A DNA stretch of 64,000 nucleotides from Candidatus Kerfeldbacteria bacterium (GTDB lineage: Bacteria > Patescibacteriota > Patescibacteriia > SBBC01 > CAIJZX01), in NCBI GenBank assembly GCA_016193315.1, contig JACPSJ010000001.1, positions 91,981-155,980 on the forward strand. Reading direction: 5' to 3'. This document shows positions 46,167 to 55,798 of the stretch, piece after piece; position 1 is the stretch's first letter; the number at the start of each line of letters is the position of its first letter. Position numbers and translations under genes: made by a program. The notes under the pieces were generated by a model that made no database searches, was not told where the DNA came from, and saw only the letters and a program-made list of their open reading frames with translations.

Positions 46167-47123
46167 TTGCGAGGAACCTTAGCCATGAGAATCGGAGTCA
46201 GCTCGAGCGTCAACGAACGGGTGTGGCGCATGACCGAGCGCGAGCGCTACCTCGATTGGCGAGAGGGCCTTCGCGCGCGTATCGAATCGATCATCAACGT
46301 ATTCAACGTCCTGCACCACCGCCGGATCCATCCAGTGCCGGCCCTGATTGATGCGACTCGTGGTCCGGGAGCTTCAATCAGCAGCCATCCTGTCCACGAG
46401 TACAGCCTCCTGGCCTGGCGCGGGCCAACGCTGACCGCCATGAGGGCGGATCCGGACCGGCCGGTTTCGGTGTCAATCGCTTTCGGTTGGGTGCCGGTTG
46501 AACCGCGGCGCGAGATCACGATCGAGATCCCGACGAGCTGGCGCAACCGGTACCGTCTCTACATCGCCAGCAACTTCATTGTCTGGCATGAACTTGCCCA
46601 CCTCGTCGAGACGGACTTGATCGAGCGTCTATTGCTCGAAGCTGGCATTGTCGAGTTCGGTGACACTTCTGGACCTTTCCTCCAGTTGGCGTCCGAGGTG
46701 GTGATCGACAGCCTGGCTCTCCTGTTCGGTACGACGTGGTTCGTCGATTCGACGGGGGAAGGTTTTCTCGGTACCGCCGCCGAACGTCTGGGGGAGATGA
46801 TCTGCAGCCACCGAGAGTTTATCCGTCTCACTCATGGGCCGGTGGCGCGGATCGGCGACGACTGGTCAGGCTACTTCTCGGCGCGGTGTCTCGGCGTCAT
46901 AACCGCCTACGAGCAGTTGGCCGAGGAACGGTTCATCTTGGCCCGGACCATGGCCTCGCTCCGGCGCTCCGTTGGCGCGAGGCATCGGGCCGCAGCCGAT
47001 TGGTATGCCTCGCTGTCGAGGTTGGTCTGGAAACTCGATCCGTCCACCATCAAGTTCGGCGAAGACATACCAGACATGTCCAGCGATGAGGCTCTCGTCA
47101 GATATCCACGCACCTGTGCGTGA
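46167..47123 (+). CDS. hypothetical protein with an HEXXH motif (possible zinc-dependent hydrolase)
   Basis: 318 aa. FIVWHELAHLVE resembles the DUF45/WLM-type metallohydrolase motif. Confidence 0.35.
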   Translation: MRGTLAMRIGVSSSVNERVWRMTERERYLDWREGLRARIESIINVFNVLHHRRIHPVPALIDATRGPGASISSHPVHEYSLLAWRGPTLTAMRADPDRPVSVSIAFGWVPVEPRREITIEIPTSWRNRYRLYIASNFIVWHELAHLVETDLIERLLLEAGIVEFGDTSGPFLQLASEVVIDSLALLFGTTWFVDSTGEGFLGTAAERLGEMICSHREFIRLTHGPVARIGDDWSGYFSARCLGVITAYEQLAEERFILARTMASLRRSVGARHRAAADWYASLSRLVWKLDPSTIKFGEDIPDMSSDEALVRYPRTCA

Positions 47124-47205
47124 CCCACTGCTTCGGCAGTGGGATTTTTTGACAGCCGTCGTCAGTTCCGATACCCTATCGAATACCGATGGGAATTTGT
47201 TATCC

Positions 47206-48498
47206 ATGAAGATCGAAGTTGCACCGCAACCAAAGTCAACCGTCAAGCTAACTGTCGAGTTGAGTCCGGATGAAATGAAGCCGCACCTTGAACGCGCAGC
47301 CGAAGTCTTATCGAAAGGGCATCAGATCGAAGGTTTTCGCCCGGGCAAAGCCAGCCTCGGCATTGTCCTTCAACGTCTCGGTGCCCAAGCAGTGTGGGAG
47401 GAAGCGGCCGAGCAGGCGGTCCGGAAATCATATGCTCAGGCAGTGAAGCAGCACGGTTTACAGACCGTCGGCCCGCCGAAGATTTCTGTTCACAAGTTAG
47501 CGCCGGATAACCCCTTCGTCTATCATGCCGAAATCGCCGTGCTACCGGAGATTGTCGTCGGGAACTACCGCGAGCTCAAGGTCAAGCGCGCGGCCGTCGA
47601 AGTCAAACCCGAACAGGTCGATCGCGCCGTGGCTGATCTGCAGTCGATGTTCGCCAAAGAAGTATTGGTTGATCGACCGGCCCAGCGGGGAGACAAGATT
47701 GAGATCGACTTTGATCTGGCGGTCGGCCACGTGCCCGTTGAAGGCGGATCGAGCAAGCAGCACCCGGTCGTGATCGGCTCTGGTCACTTCATTCCTGGTT
47801 TTGAAGACCAGCTCATCGGCCTCAGGAAAGAAGAGCGCAAAGAATTCACCCTGACCTTTCCATCGGACTACAAAAACCGTCAGGTGGCCGGCCAGCAAGG
47901 GACATTCAAAGTCATGGCCAAGGCAGTTTACCAGATCGACCAACCTCAGCTCAATGATGATTTTGCTAAACGCGCCAGCAAACAACAAACGCTTAACGAT
48001 CTGCGCCAGCAACTCGAGCGTAATCTGCGCGACGAGGCGGCTCAGAAAAACGAGCGGATCTTCGAACGAGCGATCGTCGATGAACTAATCACCAAGTCGA
48101 AATTCAGCGAATTGCCGGAGGTGCTCGTTGACCACGAGGTGACGAAGATGCTCAATGAACTGCAGGAAGAAGTGGAGCGCCGCGGCGGGGCGAAGTTCGA
48201 CGATTATCTCCAGGGGTTGAAGAAAACAACCGCGAGCCTGAAATTGGAGTTTCGCCCCCAAGCCGAGCATCGCGTGAAATCAGCACTGCTCTTGCGGCAG
48301 ATCGCCAAACGGGAGAACATTACGGCCACCACCGAGGAAGTCGAGCAGGAAGTCAAACAGGCGTTACAGATGTACACCCGCTACCCCGAATTGAGATCGC
48401 AAATCGAGTCAGATGACTATCGTGATTTCGCCCGGGTGATGTTGACCAATCGGCAGGTCGTCGCCCGGCTCAAGAAGTTAGCGCTCGGTCAAACATAA
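47206..48498 (+). CDS. tig: trigger factor
   Basis: ORF track 46972..48498. The internal ATG at 47206 (MKIEVAPQPKSTVKLTVEL) is the canonical trigger-factor N-terminus. PPIase-like middle domain and C-terminal arms present. Confidence 0.85.
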   Translation: MKIEVAPQPKSTVKLTVELSPDEMKPHLERAAEVLSKGHQIEGFRPGKASLGIVLQRLGAQAVWEEAAEQAVRKSYAQAVKQHGLQTVGPPKISVHKLAPDNPFVYHAEIAVLPEIVVGNYRELKVKRAAVEVKPEQVDRAVADLQSMFAKEVLVDRPAQRGDKIEIDFDLAVGHVPVEGGSSKQHPVVIGSGHFIPGFEDQLIGLRKEERKEFTLTFPSDYKNRQVAGQQGTFKVMAKAVYQIDQPQLNDDFAKRASKQQTLNDLRQQLERNLRDEAAQKNERIFERAIVDELITKSKFSELPEVLVDHEVTKMLNELQEEVERRGGAKFDDYLQGLKKTTASLKLEFRPQAEHRVKSALLLRQIAKRENITATTEEVEQEVKQALQMYTRYPELRSQIESDDYRDFARVMLTNRQVVARLKKLALGQT

Positions 48499-48547
48499 GA
48501 AAAGCGCGCTTCCGCGGGAAACGCGCTGATGGTTCCGTCCCGGCGCA

Positions 48548-48964
48548 TCATTCATCTTTGACGACCAGGGGCTCGAGGACCAATGGCAGGGGTTGACCAC
48601 GGGCGCCGCGGCCTTTGATCGCGTAGCCGATCGGTACCTGAGCCACGGGGCAGATTTCGGGCTGGTAAGTAATGAGCCCAGAAGAATCTTGACCGGCGCA
48701 CACGCCGACGAGGGCGTGGGTGAACGGATTGCGTTCGCCTGGCAGCAGGTGGCGGACATCGTCAAGGCTGGTAGGGAAAATGCCATCGTGTCGGACACCG
48801 AATTCCTCGACGGCGACCTGGACGGTGTGCATCTGCTCCTTGACATCGACTTCCCGGGCCCGGTTCCGCATGTCGATCAGGTTCGGGATGGCGATCGCGG
48901 CCAGGATGCCGATCAGGACGATGACAATCAGCAGCTCGATAAAGGTGAAGCCTTTCCGAGACAT
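48548..48964 (-). CDS. type IV pilin / pseudopilin (prepilin-type N-terminal methylation domain)
   Basis: 138 aa. MSRKGFTFIELLIVIVLIGILAAIAIP is the class III signal/N-methylation motif. RBS AGGAGGAAC. Confidence 0.75.
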   Translation of the reverse strand: MSRKGFTFIELLIVIVLIGILAAIAIPNLIDMRNRAREVDVKEQMHTVQVAVEEFGVRHDGIFPTSLDDVRHLLPGERNPFTHALVGVCAGQDSSGLITYQPEICPVAQVPIGYAIKGRGARGQPLPLVLEPLVVKDE

Positions 48965-49630
48965 CTGGTTCCTCCTGGTTGGAAGTTTCGTTGACTCTGG
49001 TTTCCCCGGAGACGGCGAAACGAAGACTAGCCAGTCCGTCCACTCCTGTCAAGGCGTTCAATCTGGCGGAGTTGGGAGGACCGGGTGGGGCGTCGGCTGG
49101 TTGGACCACTCCGGCCCTCGACTTCGCTCGGGCCGCCCCTCCGCAGTGAGGAGGGGATGATGTGGAGCCCCGCCCCGGTGAAAAGTTAGTACCCTTTTTG
49201 TGACCGCATGATTTTAGACCGTCGGAAAATAGGGCTCGACTAACAGCATCGAGCCCCTGATTGATCAGGATCCCTGGTGCTCCCATCGTGGCTGTCGAGC
49301 CAGGATGTGAGGTTCGAAATTCCTGGGGCGGTATTTCACTGTCGGCTCCATCTCGACCACGATCGAGACTTCGCAGCCTCCCGCCTACGCTTCGCTTCGG
49401 AATTCCCACCAATGGGCATTGGGCTTGTGGGGTTCGAACCACTCATCCCCTTGCAGGGCGACATCCACGTCTGGTGCCCCTACCCGATCGATCCCATCCA
49501 TCGTGGACGAGGCAAATGGGAGTGTCAAGTGATATACTAGAAACATGAGAATCGGAGCACCCCCCTCGACTTCGCTTGCGCTCCGCTCGGGGCAGGCTGC
49601 CTTTCGTGGAAGTCCTGAATTGACCAGGCG
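48965..49630. other. 666-bp ORF-free GC-rich intergenic region with dispersed short repeats and several stable hairpins
   Basis: CTCGACTTCGCT appears at ~49120 and ~49568, with a related CGCTTCGCTTCGG at ~49385. Hairpins GGGCTCGA-N9-TCGAGCCC (49233-49258) and CCCCTCC-N7-GGAGGGG (49127-49147). Confidence 0.4.
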
Positions 49631-50476
49631 ATGAAGATTGGGGCACACGTTTCAGCGGCTGGCGGTATTTTCAACGCCCCGGCCAACGCCGCTAAAATCG
49701 GTTGCGAGGTCTTTCAAGTCTTCACCCGCTCGCCGCAGGGCGGACCGGCGCCGAAATTGACCGAAGAAATTGTCGGACAGTTTAAAGCCGAGACGAAAAA
49801 GCATCGCCTTGGCGACTTCGCCATCCACACGCCGTACTATATTAACTTCGCTTCGACCACGCCGCGAATTCGGTACGGCTCGATCGGCATCGTGCGAGAA
49901 GAACTTGAACGTGGCACCTTGCTCGGCGCGAAGTACGTCATCACCCACCTCGGTTCGACCAAAGATGCTGGCAAAGCACTCGGTTTTCACAAAACCTGGC
50001 GGGCGATTCAGCGCATTCTTGACGGTTATAAAGGCACAACTGAGCTACTGATGGAACTTTCGGCCGGGGCCGGCGACCTCGTCGGCGGTACCTTTGAGGA
50101 GCTGGCTTCGCTGATCAAGCACATCGAAAGCAAAACCGCCGACCGAGGTAAAGTGAACGTCTGTCTCGATACTTGCCACCTGTTCGCCGCTGGCTATGAC
50201 GTCCGGACGAAGACCGCGCTGGCAGAAACCATCAGGCGATTTGACCAGACGGTCGGGTTGAAACGGTTGAAATATTTCCACGGCAACGACTCAGTCGGCG
50301 GTTTGGGTGAGCATAAAGATCGGCACCAGCACATTGGCCAGGGTCAGATTGGTATGGAGGGGTTCCGGGCTTTGGTGAACCACCCGAAGTTGAAATATCT
50401 TGATTTGGTGGTAGAAACCCCGTGGGATGGCAGTTTTGCTGAGGATGTCAAAGTTTTGAAGAAGCTCAGGCGATGA
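49631..50476 (+). CDS. nfo: endonuclease IV (AP endonuclease family 2)
   Basis: 281 aa. MKIGAHVSAAGG...HTPYYINFAS...LDTCHLFAAGYD metal-binding signature. Confidence 0.9.
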   Translation: MKIGAHVSAAGGIFNAPANAAKIGCEVFQVFTRSPQGGPAPKLTEEIVGQFKAETKKHRLGDFAIHTPYYINFASTTPRIRYGSIGIVREELERGTLLGAKYVITHLGSTKDAGKALGFHKTWRAIQRILDGYKGTTELLMELSAGAGDLVGGTFEELASLIKHIESKTADRGKVNVCLDTCHLFAAGYDVRTKTALAETIRRFDQTVGLKRLKYFHGNDSVGGLGEHKDRHQHIGQGQIGMEGFRALVNHPKLKYLDLVVETPWDGSFAEDVKVLKKLRR

Positions 50477-51102
50477 AGTGGTGGCAGAGTTCGAAAGGTT
50501 GGTGGTGGCTGGGCGCCACACTTGGAGTATGGTGCGTCCTAATACTATTTACCCCCTGGCCAACCCAAGTTCTCGGACTGCCATTGACGGTTGGTGAAAC
50601 TCCAGGCTCGGCTGATGTCATCATCGTGTTGGGTGCGGGGACACGTCGCGGTCCGGTGTCTCTCCCAGTTCAGGCGATGGATCGTCTGCGGCAGGCCAAG
50701 CGGCTGTGGGATCAAGACCTGGCGCCGCTGGTGATTGTGGCCGGGGGATTCAGCCGCCGTACGCACCAAGCCGAATCAAGATACATGAAGCCGTACCTAA
50801 CCTCACTTGGTGTGCCCAACGAGTCCATCATCGAAGAAAACCAATCGCTGGATACTTACCAAAACGCCATCAACAGCCAACGTCTCATGGAAGCCAACCG
50901 TTGGGATACGGCCCTGGTCGTGACTAGCAGTTATCATACCTGGCGCAGCTGTCGAGTTTTCCGGGCCCTCAGGGTGGACATCGTTTGTGTGGCCGCGTCG
51001 CTTGACGACCATGATTCGGTATACGAACGACTGATAAACTTTCGTTCGGTGGTGCGAGAATATGGGGCGATCGTTTATTACTGGTTACGCGGATATCTGT
51101 AA
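50473..51102 (+). CDS. DUF218 (YdcF/SanA/ElyC-like) domain protein
   Basis: 209 aa. N-terminal TM; IIVLGAG...VIVAGG pattern of DUF218. ATGA overlap with nfo. Confidence 0.6.
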   Translation: MKWWQSSKGWWWLGATLGVWCVLILFTPWPTQVLGLPLTVGETPGSADVIIVLGAGTRRGPVSLPVQAMDRLRQAKRLWDQDLAPLVIVAGGFSRRTHQAESRYMKPYLTSLGVPNESIIEENQSLDTYQNAINSQRLMEANRWDTALVVTSSYHTWRSCRVFRALRVDIVCVAASLDDHDSVYERLINFRSVVREYGAIVYYWLRGYL

Positions 51103-51181
51103 AGGCGATTTCGTTCGCTCCGCACCATGCACCAGCCGAGCAAGTTGCCGGCGGAATGTACGGTAGAAAAAACACGGGACG

Positions 51182-51412
51182 CTAGTCTCCGTGACTGGTG
51201 GGGCTAGGCACCGGGACCAATTCGGCTCGTGCGGCATCGGCGTCGAGCCCGCGGAATGGCAGTGATCCTTCTGGTGGGTCGGACTCTGGCGGCCTGACGA
51301 TGGCGGCCTGAGCGCAGCACGGCCGCTGGTGGTGCATGGTGATGCCGGGGATGCCGGAGTGACAAATGCAGCCACAAGAGGGAGCTGACCAATGTTCTGG
51401 GGCGCGCGGCAT
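51182..51412 (-). CDS. small Cys-rich hypothetical protein
   Basis: 76 aa. Strong RBS GGAGGAcatcATG. Cluster CGCICHSG...CC could bind a metal. Low confidence that it is expressed. Confidence 0.3.
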   Translation of the reverse strand: MPRAPEHWSAPSCGCICHSGIPGITMHHQRPCCAQAAIVRPPESDPPEGSLPFRGLDADAARAELVPVPSPTSHGD

Positions 51413-51500
51413 GATGTCCTCCCAAGGAACGAGGTGGACCGGTGGACGCCGTGAGTTTACGCCGACCGCGGTTGATTGGTAACTGTGCTAGAATGAATGC

Positions 51501-52040
51501 ATGTTTGTGGCCGTCATGTCCGATCTCCACGACAACGTCGCCAACTGGCAGTTGATCGCCAAGTTCCTGGCCGAAGAAAACATCCAAACACTGATCAACT
51601 GCGGCGACACGGCCGCTCCGGCAATGTTGCAAGAAATGTCGCGGGCGTTCGCGGGGCAGATCCACACCGTCTTCGGAAACGTTGCCGATCGTGAACTCGA
51701 AACAACCGTGGTGGCAGCATTAGCAAATGTTACGCACTACGGCGAACATGGCGAGGTGATGATGGCGGATAAAAAGATTTTTTTCACGCATCAGCCGAAG
51801 CATGCAGAAGCCGCGGCCGCCCTCGGCCCGCTTTTCGGCGGAGCCTCGCCTGTGGCGGGGCGTGCCGGCGGTGCCTACGACCTAATTTGTCATGGACACA
51901 CCCACCTGAAGCGGTGGGAGAAACGTGGCCGAACGTATTTCCTCAACCCCGGCACCGCCGGCGGCATGTTCCAATATCCAAGTTTTGCAGTCGTGGAGTT
52001 AGTCAACATGACCTGTAGTTTTCAGGACGTGCGGCTCTAG
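51501..52040 (+). CDS. metallophosphoesterase (YfcE/MJ0936-like)
   Basis: 179 aa. MFVAVMSDLHDN...NCGDT...ICHGHTH motifs. Promoter TTGATT-16-TAGAAT upstream. Confidence 0.75.
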   Translation: MFVAVMSDLHDNVANWQLIAKFLAEENIQTLINCGDTAAPAMLQEMSRAFAGQIHTVFGNVADRELETTVVAALANVTHYGEHGEVMMADKKIFFTHQPKHAEAAAALGPLFGGASPVAGRAGGAYDLICHGHTHLKRWEKRGRTYFLNPGTAGGMFQYPSFAVVELVNMTCSFQDVRL

Positions 52041-52049
52041 TCTGTCTCC

Positions 52050-52949
52050 ATGCCCTGGTACGGTTACGCACTGATCGCGGCGGTCTCCATTGCCGCCGTT
52101 GGGTTACTGCAAAAACGAAACCTCCAACAGGAGCATTCCACCGAGTATGTGACGGTCTTTAGCAGCATTAAGTTGCTGCTTTTCCTCTTACTCTTCGGGC
52201 GGGTCGTGGACTGGCACGTGACGAGCAATCAATTCATCCTGCTCGTCATCGACGGCATCTTAGCCTCGATCGCTTTCTACCTGACCGCCAAGGCCATGCG
52301 CCGGCTCGAACTATCAACGGTCTTGCCGGTCCTCAGCCTGGAACCAGGATTGGTGGCGGTGCTGGCCGCCATGTTTCTCGGCGAAATTATTCGCGGCGGC
52401 CACTTACTCGGGCTGGGACTGCTGGTGGTCGGCGCCTATGTCTTGGAGTTTGAGCGCCAACACGCCCACCCAGCCACTATCAGTCCAGCCCAAACCCTAA
52501 TCAATCCGCTTCGTCGCTTGATCGCCCGGCCCGGAGGAGGCTACGCTTTTGGCGCGCTGTTCTTCTTCTCCGCTTCCAGTGTGCTCGATCGCTACCTGCT
52601 CCAGCACGTCCCGACCACCACCTACCTAGCCTACATTTTCACCACCATGACCATTTTCTTCCTGCTTCGGTTCTTTCTCATCCGCGAACAGCTGGTCGTT
52701 TTTCGCCGCGGCTATCGGCCCCTGCTTTTCACCATCGTGGCCATTGCCGGTTTGCACCTGCTCTCCAACTACAGCCAGGCGCAGGCCACGGGCTTGGCGG
52801 CGGTCGGTTTAGTCATTGCCTTAAAGCGGTTGTCGGTGCTGCTCGACGTCATCATCGGCGGCCGGTTCTTTCACGAACATCACCTGGCTCAAAAAACCGT
52901 GGCGTCGCTGATTGTGCTCATCGGTGCCTACTTCATCGTGGCCACGTAA
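52050..52949 (+). CDS. EamA/DMT-superfamily transporter
   Basis: 299 aa, ~10 TM helices, duplicated EamA pattern. Confidence 0.7.
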   Translation: MPWYGYALIAAVSIAAVGLLQKRNLQQEHSTEYVTVFSSIKLLLFLLLFGRVVDWHVTSNQFILLVIDGILASIAFYLTAKAMRRLELSTVLPVLSLEPGLVAVLAAMFLGEIIRGGHLLGLGLLVVGAYVLEFERQHAHPATISPAQTLINPLRRLIARPGGGYAFGALFFFSASSVLDRYLLQHVPTTTYLAYIFTTMTIFFLLRFFLIREQLVVFRRGYRPLLFTIVAIAGLHLLSNYSQAQATGLAAVGLVIALKRLSVLLDVIIGGRFFHEHHLAQKTVASLIVLIGAYFIVAT

Positions 52950-53527
52950 TGACCATCCCAGACGCGAGTACGCTGACAAGCCTCGAACATATATCCACCG
53001 CGGTCCATGACTGCACGGCTTGTCCGCTATCGCCAGGCCGGCTGAAAGCCGTACCTGGCGATGGCGATCCCAATAGCGACCTGCTCTTCATCGGTGAAGG
53101 CCCCGGGCAAAAGGAAGATGAAATTGGCCGGCCATTCGTCGGCGCAGCTGGGAAGTTTCTCGACGAAATGCTCGCGGCCATCAACAAAACTAGGGCCGAC
53201 GTCTTTGTTACCAACATAGTCAAATGCCGGCCGCCAAGCAACCGCGATCCCGAACCAAGCGAAATCACCACCTGCACTGATTTGTATTTGTGGAAACAGA
53301 TTGGGCTGATCGCCCCGAAGTTGATTGTCACGCTCGGTCGTCACTCGATGGCTTTGTTCCTGCCGGCGACAATGAAGATTAGTCAGGTTCATGGCCAGCC
53401 GAAGCGGTTCAGAGGACGGGTGGTCCTGCCGCTTTACCATCCGGCCGCGGCGTTGTATAACAATGCGATGCGCGAAACCTTGATTCGGGACTTCAGGAAA
53501 ATTCCGAACGTCTTAAGAAAAATCTGA
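52949..53527 (+). CDS. uracil-DNA glycosylase, family 4
   Basis: 192 aa. GEGPG motif (FIGEGPGQKEDEIGRPFVGAAGKFLD). Confidence 0.8.
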   Translation: MTIPDASTLTSLEHISTAVHDCTACPLSPGRLKAVPGDGDPNSDLLFIGEGPGQKEDEIGRPFVGAAGKFLDEMLAAINKTRADVFVTNIVKCRPPSNRDPEPSEITTCTDLYLWKQIGLIAPKLIVTLGRHSMALFLPATMKISQVHGQPKRFRGRVVLPLYHPAAALYNNAMRETLIRDFRKIPNVLRKI

Positions 53528-53589
53528 TCAGTTGATCGAAATATGTTTTTGTGCTATAGTCGCCGCTGCCCTGGCCTGGTAGCCAAGTG

Positions 53590-53763
53590 GGGGAGGTGGA
53601 CCGCAATCCCGCCCCACATCGGCCCCAACGAGATAGCCTTTCATACGGCCACGTAGCCAAGGGGTAAGGCAGGAGTCTGCAAAACTCCTATTCGCGGGTT
53701 CGATTCCCGCCGTGGCCTCAAACTAGGAAAATGGGCCGATGTGGGGCGGGACGAATCCCCTCC
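53590..53763. repeat. inverted repeat (GGAGG...TCCCGCCCCACATCGGCC / GGCCGATGTGGGGCGGGA...CCTCC) bracketing tRNA-Cys
   Basis: 18-nt perfect complementarity (53607-53624 with 53735-53752), plus outer GGAGG/CCTCC; the tRNA sits in the loop. Confidence 0.5.
53647..53718 (+). tRNA. tRNA-Cys (anticodon GCA)
   Basis: Acceptor GGCCACG/CGTGGCC, discriminator U. Anticodon stem GGAGT/ACTCC, loop CTGCAAA. Confidence 0.85.
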
Positions 53764-53820
53764 AGGCCTGAATGCGGGAGTAGTTTCCGGCGAAGCCGGA
53801 TCCGGCTTCGCCGGACAGCA

Positions 53821-53965
<145 letters not shown>

Positions 53966-54047
53966 CAAGGAAGAGGTCGTCCCGCACCGGACGGTGCGGG
54001 ATCTCCCGCTCCAAACCATGAATCTCGCACTAGACGAGCGACACCCC

Positions 54048-54134
54048 GCCGGAGTGGCGAAATTGGTAAACGCACGGGACTTAAAATCCCGAGGAGGAAA
54101 CTCCCTGTGGGTTCGATTCCCACCTCCGGCACCA
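54048..54134 (+). tRNA. tRNA-Leu (anticodon TAA), long variable arm, CCA encoded
   Basis: Acceptor GCCGGAG/CTCCGGC + A + CCA. Anticodon stem CGGGA/TCCCG, loop CTTAAAA. Variable arm AGGAGGAAACTCCCTGT. Confidence 0.85.
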
Positions 54135-54297
54135 ATTACAACTTGTCATTTTTTCACGAGCGCGCGCGACCGCCAAGTATTCAGATTTGGGCGTAAATTC
54201 GAGTCGGCGATTTCGCCGCGATTGTCCAAAACCGCCAAAGAACCCGTCAAAAACATCGGCTCGAACGATATTTTGATTTTGGGAGAAGAAACATTTT

Positions 54298-55056
54298 ATG
54301 AATTTGGATGCTATAACTGAAATTGTTAAACGAGGATATACAGATAAAGAAGTTGCAAAACACTACGGGAGTGTTACAGAAATCTGGCCTGAAGAAAAAT
54401 TTATTTTCGATAGATTTTTCAAAAATGTTGGGCATATTCTCGATATAGGTTGCGGTGGTGGCCGCACTTCTTTTTACTTGGCCAGTCTTGGTAATAAAGT
54501 TACAGCAATTGATTTGTCGTCCCCGCTCATAGGGGCCGCAAAGCGAAGGCTTGCGAAAGAACCGGCGAATATTGAGTTTGATGTTAAAGACGACCAACAT
54601 TTAGGTTATCCAGATAATTATTTTGACGGAATAATTTTTTCATTTAATGGCATTGGATATATTGCGCGGGCAGAAGGAAAAACGGAGTTTCTAAAGGTGG
54701 TTCGTAGAATGTTGAAACAAGATAAATTTTTCTTTTTTACAGCACATAATTTGTGGTCAATAAACGCATATTTTCTGGGCAACATTCTGCGGGTTACAAA
54801 AATATTATTCTCAAAATTATTCCATATCAATATTCGGGAAAAAGAATATGGGGAAAAATATGATGATACGCCTAATATTGAAGTCCCATATATTGATATC
54901 AAGCCCAAAAGGAAATGGGACGAGATTATCAAACAATCTGAATTTAAGGTTGCGTATTTTAATTCTAAATATGGCATAAGAGATAAAAGATCATTTTCTC
55001 TATTCAAAGATTATTCTGGTGCAAGTAACTATTTGTTCTTTGTATTGCAGAAATAA
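54298..55056 (+). CDS. class I SAM-dependent methyltransferase (strongly AT-rich, likely horizontally acquired)
   Basis: 252 aa. Motif I ILDIGCGGGRTSFYL. GC visibly far below the window average, immediately 3' of tRNA-Leu. Confidence 0.7.
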   Translation: MNLDAITEIVKRGYTDKEVAKHYGSVTEIWPEEKFIFDRFFKNVGHILDIGCGGGRTSFYLASLGNKVTAIDLSSPLIGAAKRRLAKEPANIEFDVKDDQHLGYPDNYFDGIIFSFNGIGYIARAEGKTEFLKVVRRMLKQDKFFFFTAHNLWSINAYFLGNILRVTKILFSKLFHINIREKEYGEKYDDTPNIEVPYIDIKPKRKWDEIIKQSEFKVAYFNSKYGIRDKRSFSLFKDYSGASNYLFFVLQK

Positions 55057-55198
55057 TTCTAATATGCGGCCAAAAAAACTTGAAATTGTCATTCGTGCGG
55101 CTCCGCCGCCTTTCCGGATTTTCGCGGGGGGACTTCCTCGCCGCCTGTGGCGGCGAAAGCGGTTCGGACTAATTTACGTATTCTGCACCAAGACATTC

Positions 55199-55705
55199 GT
55201 GAAATCACTCCTGATCAGTCTGGTATTACTCTGGCCTGTGACGGCGCTCGCCCATGGCGGCGTCCAGCAGCACGTCGGGGATACGCATGTGACTCTCATT
55301 CAGCAACCACTATCCCCGCTGGTCGGTGAGCCGGTCCAGCTCAGCTTTGTGGTCAGTGATCAGGACAGCCAACCGCTGCCGAAGGAGAGTTTGACCGTGC
55401 GGGTGATTGAAACGTCGCCTGATGCCAACCGCGACCGTGAGGTGGCCCGGACGCAGTTGACGACCGATAGCAACGGCGTAGCCGCGTGGAATTTTGTGTT
55501 TCCCGCCGAGCGGCTCTATGATCTAGCCCTCGACCTCCCCGACGCCACGACCGACAATGATCATGCTATTGGTTTTTTGGTTGAACCGCGAGACGTGACG
55601 CTTCCGGTCGGCTACCCGACCAGCCGGGTGTTGATGGCGATGGGGATCGGCATTCTGGTGGGCATCGGTCTGATGCAAACGAAAGCCGCGCTGCAACAGC
55701 AATAA
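55199..55705 (+). CDS. hypothetical exported protein with signal peptide and C-terminal TM anchor
   Basis: ORF track 55019..55705. A GTG at 55199 gives MKSLLISLVLLWPVTALAHG (signal peptide). C-terminal VLMAMGIGILVGIGLM. Start uncertain. Confidence 0.4.
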   Translation: MKSLLISLVLLWPVTALAHGGVQQHVGDTHVTLIQQPLSPLVGEPVQLSFVVSDQDSQPLPKESLTVRVIETSPDANRDREVARTQLTTDSNGVAAWNFVFPAERLYDLALDLPDATTDNDHAIGFLVEPRDVTLPVGYPTSRVLMAMGIGILVGIGLMQTKAALQQQ

Positions 55706-55727
55706 AAAAAAGCGGCTGAAAGCCGCT
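55704..55727 (-). terminator. rho-independent terminator of the 55799..56332 gene
   Basis: GCGGCT-GAA-AGCCGC hairpin followed on the minus strand by T8. Confidence 0.55.
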
Positions 55728-55798
55728 TGGCCCTAGACGATACGGTCGATCAGACCACGTTGCTTGAACGCACCGGCCGGGACAAAAAAAGAGCCGGG

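Noticed and set aside
49400-49480. Possible tRNA or tmRNA tRNA-like domain around GGGGTTCGAACCAC
   Set aside because: No acceptor/anticodon stems could be built on either strand. GGTTCGAACC is simply palindromic. Left as part of a candidate ncRNA region.
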